Below, one piece after another: positions 1 through 8,586 of a stretch of 64,000 bases of DNA. The position numbers were made by a program, and so were the translations under genes. Origin of the DNA: Ignavibacteriales bacterium (lineage in GTDB: Bacteria; Bacteroidota; Ignavibacteria; UBA10030; BY39); NCBI GenBank assembly GCA_037443545.1, contig JBBIOD010000004.1:18683-82682 (forward strand). Direction: 5' to 3'. The notes under the pieces were generated by a model that was not told the DNA's origin, searched no databases, and saw only the letters and a program-made list of their open reading frames with translations. The stretch's first letter is position 1; every line of letters starts with the position of its first letter.

Positions 1-1
1 T

Positions 2-1012
2 ATTCAGGCAAGTTCGTTGTCGTTTGGACAGGGATATTGGGTAAAGTATTCTTCGCCACAAAATATTACTATCAATGGTTTGCAAATAATATCAGATTCA
101 ATCCAACTTCAAGCAGGATGGAACATCGTCGGTGCAATTACTGATTCTGTTTTAGTTTCATCACTGAAAACAAACCCACCCGAAATTCTTGCGAGCCAAT
201 TTTTTGGATACAGCTCCGGTTATTATAATGCCGATAAAATTAAACCGATGGAAGGTTATTGGATAAAAGCGGCAAGCGATGGAAAATTATATTTATCACA
301 AACCACTTCACCAAAGCTGAAGACAAAATATTATGAGGAAAAACCTGATGAACTAAATACACTAACCTTTGAAGTAGGCAACAAAAAGCAGACATTGTAT
401 TTCGGAAAAACTAAAAATCGTTTTTATGGCGATCTTCCCCCGACACCGCCGGCGGGTGCTTTCGATGTTCGATTTGGAACGGGTAAGTATATCGAATTGA
501 TTCCCGACAATTTCCAAAATACTCTCGAACTTCCTATCCAAATTCAATCGGATGGCAATCCGATTAAAATTTCTTGGAACATAAAAGGTGGAGCTGAAGT
601 CAGTTATCAGTTGCAAAACAGAACTGAGGATAGCAGAGACATTTCAGGTATGGGAACTATAGAAATTAAAGATATTAGAAACATTTCGCTTTTAGTTACA
701 AACAACGTAGTGCCAGCAGAATTTGCACTGTATCAAAACTATCCGAACCCATTCAACCCGACAACAGAAATCAGATATGCTTTGCCGGAAATTAGCCGTG
801 TTCGTTTGAGTGTGTTTGACGTTCTGGGAAGGGAGGTAGCGGTTTTGTTTACAGGAATTCAGGAAGCTGGTAATCACAACCAACGTTGGACGCCAGAAAA
901 CAGTGGGATAATTTTAAGTTCAGGAATTTATTTCTATAAGCTCGATGCGGCGCCTGTAAATAATCCAGGAAAACGGGTTAATGAAATTAAAAAAATGTTG
1001 TTCGTACAATAA
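2..1012 (+). CDS. 3' portion of a secreted protein with a T9SS type-A C-terminal sorting domain (5'-truncated by the window edge)
   Basis: The frame is open from nt 2 to TAA 1010-1012, followed by an in-frame TGA. The tail ...YQNYPNPFNPTTEIRYALPEISRVRLSVFDVLGREVAVLF...GIYFYKL matches the Por_Secre_tail consensus. The N-terminal visible part carries GWNIVG and GYW(V/I)K motifs. Confidence 0.75.
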   Translation: MQASSLSFGQGYWVKYSSPQNITINGLQIISDSIQLQAGWNIVGAITDSVLVSSLKTNPPEILASQFFGYSSGYYNADKIKPMEGYWIKAASDGKLYLSQTTSPKLKTKYYEEKPDELNTLTFEVGNKKQTLYFGKTKNRFYGDLPPTPPAGAFDVRFGTGKYIELIPDNFQNTLELPIQIQSDGNPIKISWNIKGGAEVSYQLQNRTEDSRDISGMGTIEIKDIRNISLLVTNNVVPAEFALYQNYPNPFNPTTEIRYALPEISRVRLSVFDVLGREVAVLFTGIQEAGNHNQRWTPENSGIILSSGIYFYKLDAAPVNNPGKRVNEIKKMLFVQ

Positions 1013-1015
1013 TGA

Positions 1016-1645
1016 AAAATATCATTCTGTCTAGATAAGATAATATTTTTCGGTTATCTTGGATACATTTTTTATTTCTTAATCGATGGATATGATCCGG
1101 CATCAGTATCATACAAACCACCATTTGCGATATTTGTTCTAGACATTATCAATTTATTTATACACGAAACCGGGCATTTTTTCTTTAAAATATTCGGCAC
1201 CTGGATTTACATTTTGGGAGGTTCATTATTACAAGTTCTATTACCTCTTGCATTGGTAATTGTAACGTGGTGGTAAAATGTCCGAAATGTTAGCTATCCC
1301 GCTTTTTGGCTTGGGCAGAGCTTGATCAATGTTAGCGTTTATATCCAGGATGCACCATCCAGAAAACTAAAGTAATTAGCCAAAGGATTAATCCACGATT
1401 GGAATTGGTTGCTATCGGGCAACCTTGAATTTGCCGAGCCGCTGGGAGACACCGTCTATTATATTGGATTATTGGTTTGTTTTGTGGGAATTTTGAGTGG
1501 GGTTGTTTTTGCGTTAATAAGTTATCGGGATTATGCAGATAAAATTACGTTTGAAGCCTCAAACCACATAAAGATGTGTGTTATGGCTTACTTTTATTTC
1601 TTAACGTTTTATAAAATAAACCATTGTTATAATCTCAGAATTTAA
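1016..1645 (+). pseudogene. Decayed gene for a small polytopic membrane protein with an HExxH motif (DUF3267-like putative zincin); two in-frame TAA stops and no start codon
   Basis: Frame 2 reads three protein-like segments (1016-1273, 1277-1372, 1376-1642) that I translated by hand. All are hydrophobic (…LFIHETGHFFFKIFGTWIYILGG…, …SYPAFWLGQSLINVSVYIQDAPS…, …LLSGNLEFAEPLGDTVYYIGLLVCFVGILSGVVFALISY…). They are separated only by TAA at 1274 and TAA at 1373. There is no ATG, GTG or TTG after the upstream stop. Confidence 0.4.
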
Positions 1646-1709
1646 AAATGATAAGTTTCTACATACACATATTTTGTTAAAATGATGTCGGTTTTCTGTA
1701 AGGGATGGA

Positions 1710-2855
1710 ATGGAATTCATACTCAACCATTTAAGTAAACAATCAAAACTAGCGATACTCATCAGAGCGTATCTGACGATGGGTATAATTGCGATACTCG
1801 ATTCTCTTTCGGGACCGCGGGTATCGGGCTATGTTTTTTATTTAATTCCGATCTTGATTGTAACTTGGTTCGCAGGCAGGCGTCAGGGGTTATTATTATC
1901 GTTCATCTCATCAGCCTTAATTTATATACATATTATGGCGGGGGCACAATCCATCACTACATATAAAGTTATCGATATACTAATACCGCTTTGGAAATTC
2001 ACTGAAACATTAGTGCCTTTAATAGTTATCACTGTTGTACTCGCCGCTATGAAAAAAAAAGAGGAAGATAAACTCCAAGCAGAATTTAAATTAGCCGGAG
2101 AAATTCAATCTTATTTATTGCCCCAGTCATTTCCAGAAATGAAGACACTCCTTTACACAGGAATGTGTAAATCAAACGTATGCGTATCAGGCGACTATTA
2201 TGATTTTATGTTAGTCGAATCGAATAAACTTGGAATAGCGGTCGGCGATGTCGCCGGGAAAGGTATATCTGGCGCAATGTTGATGGCAAATTTACAAGGT
2301 TTACTTAGAAGTTTTGCGCCGATGTATGGCAAGAATGTGGTTGAACTGATGAATAAAATTAATCACTCTATTTATACATCAACTGATACTAATCGTTTTG
2401 TAACATTATTTTATGGTGTATATGATGATTTGAACCATTCACTTACATATGTCAATGCGGGTCAGAGTTATCCAATATTATACAGAAGAGCGGCAAACCA
2501 GCATAGCCCTTCGAAGACATTCGATCTTCATAAAATTGGGAGCAATTTTTTTGAAAAAATTAATATCGATTCGAACAGCACAGTGTTAGGTGCATTTCCC
2601 GATGCTACATTCACACAACAGAAAATACAGCTAAATCGGGGCGATATCATAATAATTTTTTCGGACGGAATCTCGGATGCGAGAGATTATCAAAACGATA
2701 ATTACGGTGAGGATCGAATTGCTACTATCGTTGAGGGAAATGCAGATCTGTCGCCGATTAGGTTGCAGGAAGCTATAATTAATGATATAAACACTTTTGT
2801 CGGTGATCAGATTCAATTCGATGATATGACACTAGTTGTGGCAAAGATTATTTGA
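1710..2855 (+). CDS. Membrane-anchored PP2C-family (SpoIIE/RsbU-like) serine phosphatase
   Basis: The N-terminal ~130 aa form multiple transmembrane helices. The C-terminal domain carries PP2C/SpoIIE motifs (CVSGDYYDF, GDVAGKGISGAMLMANLQGLLR, DGISDA, QFDDMTLVV). Confidence 0.8.
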   Translation: MEFILNHLSKQSKLAILIRAYLTMGIIAILDSLSGPRVSGYVFYLIPILIVTWFAGRRQGLLLSFISSALIYIHIMAGAQSITTYKVIDILIPLWKFTETLVPLIVITVVLAAMKKKEEDKLQAEFKLAGEIQSYLLPQSFPEMKTLLYTGMCKSNVCVSGDYYDFMLVESNKLGIAVGDVAGKGISGAMLMANLQGLLRSFAPMYGKNVVELMNKINHSIYTSTDTNRFVTLFYGVYDDLNHSLTYVNAGQSYPILYRRAANQHSPSKTFDLHKIGSNFFEKINIDSNSTVLGAFPDATFTQQKIQLNRGDIIIIFSDGISDARDYQNDNYGEDRIATIVEGNADLSPIRLQEAIINDINTFVGDQIQFDDMTLVVAKII

Positions 2856-3112
2856 AGTAAATTTCCATTCCGTCATAAGTTGTTCTTAGCCGGAGGCTCC
2901 TTCGTTTCTGGCGGATTTACTCATTAATAGAACGGTGAGGTTGTTGTTCGCAGGTCAATAAATGAATTCATAATCGTGTAAAAACCTTCCTAATTTTTTT
3001 CATTCGGCACACCTCACATATAAAACTACATAAAGATGTGTTGTTACTTCCTACTCCTTCAATTATATTAAACAACCAAAAATCGCTCAAATAATTAAAA
3101 GCGGATATTTTT

Positions 3113-3262
3113 ATGAAAACTTCGACAAAGTGGTCCTACTTTTTAAGGAGCTGTGTAATGCTCCTTGCCATCGCCTCGCAATTTGCTGTTGAGATTGCTT
3201 CACAAACGGATGTGAACGCAAGCTCATATGGTGAACAGAGCAAAATGATCCTGCTGAAGTAA
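3113..3262 (+). CDS. Hypothetical 49-aa small protein (MKTSTKWSYFLRSCVMLLAIASQFAVEIASQ…), speculative
   Basis: ATG-to-TAA ORF that is not in the >=60-aa track. It lies in a 480-bp gap and is followed 25 bp later by a strong hairpin plus T-run. The RBS is weak. Confidence 0.2.
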   Translation: MKTSTKWSYFLRSCVMLLAIASQFAVEIASQTDVNASSYGEQSKMILLK

Positions 3263-3286
3263 AGATTTGTTTCATCTCACTCCTTA

Positions 3287-3324
3287 AAAGCCCATGTGTG
3301 TACATTCCATGGGCTTTTTTATTT
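3287..3324 (+). terminator. Rho-independent terminator (AGCCCATG…CATGGGCT hairpin followed by TTTTTT)
   Basis: 8-bp GC-containing stem at 3289-3296 / 3308-3315, then T6. It lies immediately 3' of the yip1-like gene on the opposite strand, so it may act in both directions. Confidence 0.5.
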
Positions 3325-3333
3325 TGTACTCAA

Positions 3334-4077
3334 TTATCTGATTCCAAATCCAAACATTACGGAAGCGAGTACCCACAAAATCCATAAACCATACGCAACT
3401 CCAAGTCCAGTGCCTAACGATTTAGAGGAAATCTTTGAAATTCCAATTCCTAAAATACCCATCTGCCAGATTGTAAAAACGTTTAATTGTGCAAGCAGCA
3501 AATGTAATTTACTATTCATATCAAAGTTCTGAAAAATTAAAATTGCACCACTCGGCGTGGCAGTCATCGAGTCGAATCCATACATCATAATTACTGTAAC
3601 TATCGAACCTAAAAATCCTATCATACTTGTCAGTCCTAACACCTCTAGCATTTTTGTGTAAGGACCTGAAAATTTTAAACCAAATTTTGCAACTAACCAA
3701 AATATCAATGTCGCGGCAAAGAAAATGATTACTGTCATTATAACTGCCGAACCTCCACCAATGGCAAGGAACATAACAGGTCCGCTATTTCTCATTCCGT
3801 CAACATATTGATCGACTTGTTCTTGAGTCATCTTTCCCTGCTCAACCGCCTCGTGCATTTTTTCTGCTTGTTTATCATAAATTTGAGAACGTAATGAATC
3901 GTTATAGTAAAGTGCAACGACTATTGATATTGCCATAAAAATCGAAAGCACTAAGGGCACGAGCCACGAACTTGTTTGGACTTTATTTACTGCCACCTCG
4001 TCGAAAAGTTCAAACGGTGAAGCGAATACATTCGTGATGCGGTCTATTAATGATGTCGTTTGTTCGATGTGTTCCAT
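3334..4077 (-). CDS. Yip1-family (DUF1282-like) polytopic membrane protein
   Basis: 247 aa with a hydrophilic N-terminus followed by about 5 transmembrane helices. The architecture is Yip1-like. Confidence 0.5.
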   Translation of the reverse strand: MEHIEQTTSLIDRITNVFASPFELFDEVAVNKVQTSSWLVPLVLSIFMAISIVVALYYNDSLRSQIYDKQAEKMHEAVEQGKMTQEQVDQYVDGMRNSGPVMFLAIGGGSAVIMTVIIFFAATLIFWLVAKFGLKFSGPYTKMLEVLGLTSMIGFLGSIVTVIMMYGFDSMTATPSGAILIFQNFDMNSKLHLLLAQLNVFTIWQMGILGIGISKISSKSLGTGLGVAYGLWILWVLASVMFGFGIR

Positions 4078-4126
4078 TTTTATTCCTTTGTTTTGTTAAT
4101 TTTCACCGGTAAAATTAATAAACTAT

Positions 4127-5380
4127 ATGAATATTTCCAACACCTTTTATAAAAAGCTTGTTAATTTTGCCGAAAAGCCCTATATTTTTGAAAATATAAC
4201 GCATACAAAAATGATAAATAAAGTAATACTCCTTCTATTCATTATAACTTCAACATCTTTAGGAGAGGAAAAATTTACCAAACTACTAGCCCTACTCCAA
4301 TCTGAAGCCGACAGCGTTAAAAAAGCGTCGATGATTTCAAACTACATTTCGAAGAACAAAATTCCAGTCGTTGAAGAGAAGTCTATTTATTTTCTCTATC
4401 GAGGCAACGCGAAAATGGTTGCAGCTCCGGGCGAGTTGAATGGATGGAACATCGATAAATCGTTAATGCAAAAAATTGATGGAACAGATTTATTTTTCCA
4501 TACCGATACGCTGGATGCTGCCGGCCGTGCTGAATACAAAATATGGGTCGATAGTGTTTGGATGCTCGATCCTTTGAATCAGCGTAAGGCGCTTGGCGGC
4601 TTTGGCTATAATTCAGATGTTTGGATGCCGAAGTATTCTCCGTCAACAGAAATCGAATTCGACGACGGAATACCTCACGGAAAGATTGATACGATTTGGT
4701 TCGAGAGTAAAATATTACAACGAACTCATCCGATATTAATATATCAGCCCTTTACTAAAATGATGAAAAATATTCCCACCGTTTATGTAAACGATGGAGG
4801 CGAGTATTTATCCATCGCTAAAATGAATAATGTGTTGGATAATCTTATTGCGAATAACATTACTAAACCTGTAATCGGAGTATTTATAGACCCCCGCACC
4901 GACCCAGCCAATTTTGAATCAAATATGCGGATGGTTGATTATTCGGCGAGCGAAAATTATCTGAAATTTCTTACCGACGAACTTGTTCCATTCGTAGAAA
5001 AAAATTATTCCGTTTCAACTAAAGCGGGCGACAGGTTGATAATGGGCGCTTCGATGGGTGGATTGATTTCAACTTTTGCCTCATACTCGCGACCCGATGT
5101 TTTTAAAAACAGCGCTGCACAATCGCCCGCTTATATGCAGGCGGATTTTTCTGGCATCGAAATGATTGCTGAAGGCGAGTACAAAAACATCGACGTGTAT
5201 ATCGATACCGGAACTTTAAACGATACAAAAATAGTTTCCCGCATAGCGAAAGCCTTGCTAATTGAACGGAAAATAAAACTAAACTACACCGAATATCCTG
5301 AAGGGCACAACTGGACGAACTGGCAAGCACGCATCGACGATATTCTAAAATATTTTTTTGGAAGGGAGATTATAAAATGA
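4127..5380 (+). CDS. Carbohydrate esterase of the 'putative esterase' (enterochelin-esterase-like alpha/beta hydrolase) family with an N-terminal Ig-like/CBM48-like domain and a signal peptide
   Basis: GASMGGLIS nucleophile elbow (GxSxG). The N-terminal region has AAPGELNGWN…MQKIDGTDLFFH, which is E-set-like. A signal peptide starts at the second Met (nt 4211, MINKVILLLFIITSTSLG). The stop overlaps the next gene's start (ATGA). Confidence 0.7.
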   Translation: MNISNTFYKKLVNFAEKPYIFENITHTKMINKVILLLFIITSTSLGEEKFTKLLALLQSEADSVKKASMISNYISKNKIPVVEEKSIYFLYRGNAKMVAAPGELNGWNIDKSLMQKIDGTDLFFHTDTLDAAGRAEYKIWVDSVWMLDPLNQRKALGGFGYNSDVWMPKYSPSTEIEFDDGIPHGKIDTIWFESKILQRTHPILIYQPFTKMMKNIPTVYVNDGGEYLSIAKMNNVLDNLIANNITKPVIGVFIDPRTDPANFESNMRMVDYSASENYLKFLTDELVPFVEKNYSVSTKAGDRLIMGASMGGLISTFASYSRPDVFKNSAAQSPAYMQADFSGIEMIAEGEYKNIDVYIDTGTLNDTKIVSRIAKALLIERKIKLNYTEYPEGHNWTNWQARIDDILKYFFGREIIK

Positions 5381-8300
5381 AAAAATACATTCACCTTTTT
5401 ATCCTATTGTTGCCTCACTTTGTTACAGGTGGAGAGATTCCATTAGTAGAACAGATTGCGATCGAAGTTAAAAAACAATCGCGCGAATTCAGCTTTACGA
5501 ATAAAGAATCGGCATTCTATTATGGCGAAACGAATGATAGAAATAAATCGAGCTGGCAGGGACTGAATGTGATGGCTCGCGAATTTTTAGAAGATTATCT
5601 GATAATCGCGGGTGATTTACAAATCGATAAAAAGAATACTGCATCGGCGCTTGTTTATCCTCACCAACTGTTCAGAAAATATAAAAACGGCGCTTCAGAG
5701 GTGGTTACTTTATTGGACAGTGTGCCGGTGTTATCGATCGACGTTGCCTTGCCGAATGCTTCTTTGGTAAAAATCTTCCCGCTGCTATCCGATTTTAAAA
5801 GGCAAGCTGATTACGAAATTGATTTTGTTGATAACGTTCTTTTAATCGCCCGCAAAAATCATTTGAAACGAACTGCGAAGGCTGACTATCCGGTTTGGTT
5901 GGGAATTACTTTGAACACTCAAATATTTCGTATTCTTGATGAATACCGGGTTGAAAAAAATTACTCGCCGTCGGGATTAGTAACAACCGAAGAACAAAAA
6001 AATTTTAAACTAACGATAGGTGTGGGGAATACAAAAAAAGAAACAATCGAATTGGTAAAGCACTCAATCCAAAATTCAGACTTACTGATTGAAAAAAGAA
6101 AAAGTCGGATGGAAAAATTGCTGCGTGATACACGCATCAAAACACAAAACGATCGTTTCAACCGTGCTTTGATGTGGGCAAAAATTTCGATGGATGCGTT
6201 AATTATGAATCAAGTAACAAAAGGGATATTCGCGGGGCTTCCATGGTTTAACAATTATTGGGGGAGAGATTCTTTCATATCGTTGCCTGGGTCTTCGCTA
6301 GTTACAGGAAGTTTTGCAGAAGCGCGCAAAATTTTAACTTCGTTTGCAGCGTTTCAAGAAAAAGATAAAACCAACACGAATTACGGCAGGATTCCAAACA
6401 TCATTACAACAACGCACAAGTCGTACAACACTGCCGACGGCACACCGCGCTTTGTTATTGCCGCACTCGAGTACTACAAATATTCCGGAGATAAAAATTT
6501 TGTGGATGAAATTTTTCCCGTCATCCAGATGTCAATTGAAGGAACGTTGAAGCACCACTCCGACAAATATATATTTTTAGTTCACGGCGACGAGGAAACA
6601 TGGATGGATGCAGTCGGGCCCGATGGTCCCTGGACACCGCGAGGTGATCGTTCTAATGATGTTCAGGCATTATGGTATCAGCAATTACTCGCAGGCGCCG
6701 AGTTTGCCAAACTATTGAAGAAGAATCAACTCGCAAATAAATGGAAAAAACTTGCAGAGGAATTGAAAAATAATTTCAATCAAGTTTTCGTTTCACCTGA
6801 AAATAATTCCATATACGACCACCTGAATGCCGATGGAACTGCTGATACAAAACTTCGTTCGAATCAAATCTTTTGCGCTCCTATTCTGGACGAAGAAACG
6901 CGTGCAAATGTTTTGGCTAATATTGTAACCAATCTTACATACGTCTATGGTGTTGGATCGCTTAATCAGTTCGATGAACAATTTCATCCGTATCATCAGA
7001 ATCTTCCTTACTATGTAAAAGACGCCGCGTATCATCAAGGCATAGTTTGGACTTGGTTGAGCGGGGAAGTGATTTCGGAGTTGTGCAGATTTGAAAAGCA
7101 GGAAAAAGCATTTCAGCTAACCGATAATTTAGTCCATCAAATAATTAACCGTGGTGCGGTGGGAACTATTTCAGAACTTTTAGATGCTCATCCACGTAGG
7201 GGCGCAAATGAACCGGATGTTTCAGGAACATTTACGCAAGCTTGGAGCTTAGCGGAATTCATCAGAAATGTGTATCAGGATTTTATCGGAGTGAAATTCG
7301 ACTTCAAAGATAAGCGTATCGTGTATATAAAGCCTCGGTTACCAGAGGCACTTGGGAACATCGATGCAACGATTAAATTCGGCGATGAATCGTTTCTGCT
7401 GTCGGTTTCAAAAAGAACTAAATATTCGGTGCAAATTTCAAGTGTGAATACCAAAAAGCCGATAACAATAAACTTAGATTTGCGAATGACTTCAAACGAG
7501 GTTGCTAAAATTAATTCAGTGATTCAGCCCAAATCCGATTTTATTGCGACGATTGACGAAACAGGACAAACGCTGGTAAAAGTAAATCCTGAAACTATGA
7601 GACCGGATATCAATATTATATTCCAACCGATTCCTTACGAAAATATTTTTACCAAAATAGAATTTGCATCGCCAGCGATTTTAGACGAATACACGGTTAT
7701 GCGGGCTCCCGAATATACGCTGCTTAATAATTTTGAAATCAAAAAATCAAACAGTTCAGCCATGGTGTTATTTGAAATTGATGATCCAATCGGCGATGAT
7801 AAGGGGAACGGAAACTATACTTATCCACTCAATCCGAATTTTCATAAAGGAATTTTAGATATAGTAAATTTCAAAGTTACCTACGACGACGATAATGTTT
7901 ATTTTAAATTGAGGTTTAACAAACTCGTTGATCCTGGATGGCATCCGGAGTATGGTTTTCAATTAACTTATGCTGCAATAGCAATCGATCAGGATGGAAT
8001 TACTAATTCAGGTAGAAGGGAGGTGGGGATGAACTCGAATTTTATATTCGACTCCGATTTAGCATTTGAAAAAATAATTTATGTAGGGGGTGGCCTTCGG
8101 GTTGTTAATTCTGATGGAAAAAATTTAGCTCAATACATTCCTGTCGATAATGATGTGTTAAATCCTTTAGGAGATATTTCGACAGGGACTATCGAGTTTG
8201 CCTTACCACAAAAATATATAGGCATACCTGCTGAAAAGTGGCGGTTCACAGTGTTAATTGGGGGGCAAGATGACCACGGCGGTGCTGGAATGGGCAATTT

Positions 8301-8394
8301 CAGGAGTGTGGATGCGAAAGCCGGTGAGTGGTCGGGCGGAGGTAAAACCAATCCGAAATTACCAAATGTGTATGATGTTTTGAAGAGCTATTAA
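5377..8394 (+). CDS. Glycogen-debranching-enzyme-like (amylo-alpha-1,6-glucosidase / GDE_C, (alpha/alpha)6-barrel) glycoside hydrolase with a C-terminal glucodextranase-like domain
   Basis: GLPWFNNYWGRDSFISLPG and IPNIITT…YNTADGTPRFVIAALEYYKYSGD match GDE_C-family motifs. The C-terminal ~300 aa (…GNGNYTYPLNPNFHKGILDIVNFKVTYDDDNVYFKLRF…) resemble the glucodextranase C-domain. There is an N-terminal signal peptide. Confidence 0.7.
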   Translation: MKKYIHLFILLLPHFVTGGEIPLVEQIAIEVKKQSREFSFTNKESAFYYGETNDRNKSSWQGLNVMAREFLEDYLIIAGDLQIDKKNTASALVYPHQLFRKYKNGASEVVTLLDSVPVLSIDVALPNASLVKIFPLLSDFKRQADYEIDFVDNVLLIARKNHLKRTAKADYPVWLGITLNTQIFRILDEYRVEKNYSPSGLVTTEEQKNFKLTIGVGNTKKETIELVKHSIQNSDLLIEKRKSRMEKLLRDTRIKTQNDRFNRALMWAKISMDALIMNQVTKGIFAGLPWFNNYWGRDSFISLPGSSLVTGSFAEARKILTSFAAFQEKDKTNTNYGRIPNIITTTHKSYNTADGTPRFVIAALEYYKYSGDKNFVDEIFPVIQMSIEGTLKHHSDKYIFLVHGDEETWMDAVGPDGPWTPRGDRSNDVQALWYQQLLAGAEFAKLLKKNQLANKWKKLAEELKNNFNQVFVSPENNSIYDHLNADGTADTKLRSNQIFCAPILDEETRANVLANIVTNLTYVYGVGSLNQFDEQFHPYHQNLPYYVKDAAYHQGIVWTWLSGEVISELCRFEKQEKAFQLTDNLVHQIINRGAVGTISELLDAHPRRGANEPDVSGTFTQAWSLAEFIRNVYQDFIGVKFDFKDKRIVYIKPRLPEALGNIDATIKFGDESFLLSVSKRTKYSVQISSVNTKKPITINLDLRMTSNEVAKINSVIQPKSDFIATIDETGQTLVKVNPETMRPDINIIFQPIPYENIFTKIEFASPAILDEYTVMRAPEYTLLNNFEIKKSNSSAMVLFEIDDPIGDDKGNGNYTYPLNPNFHKGILDIVNFKVTYDDDNVYFKLRFNKLVDPGWHPEYGFQLTYAAIAIDQDGITNSGRREVGMNSNFIFDSDLAFEKIIYVGGGLRVVNSDGKNLAQYIPVDNDVLNPLGDISTGTIEFALPQKYIGIPAEKWRFTVLIGGQDDHGGAGMGNFRSVDAKAGEWSGGGKTNPKLPNVYDVLKSY

Positions 8395-8586
8395 GTCGAT
8401 GTGTATTGTAGAATAACTTCCGAGTTTTTACTCTTAAGTTAGTGAGAAGTAAATTGGCAGTTTAGTTGAGCAACAAAGAATTGGTTCAACATCCAGGAAT
8501 TTTATTGCTGTAATCAACTTTAAAAATAAATCGGACGCCTTCGATCCGAATTGATATGGAATAAAAATATCGATTGAATTGTATTC

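Noticed and set aside
3111-3532. Track ORFs 3111-3305 (-) and 3296-3532 (+)
   Set aside because: The first is antisense to the small ORF/terminator region with no RBS. The second is antisense to the 3' end of the yip1-like gene.
8395-8586. Weak hairpins (GAGT-TTTT-ACTC; TCGGA…TCCGA) in the convergent gap after the GDE-like gene
   Set aside because: The stems are only 4-5 bp with mismatches. They are not convincing as terminators.
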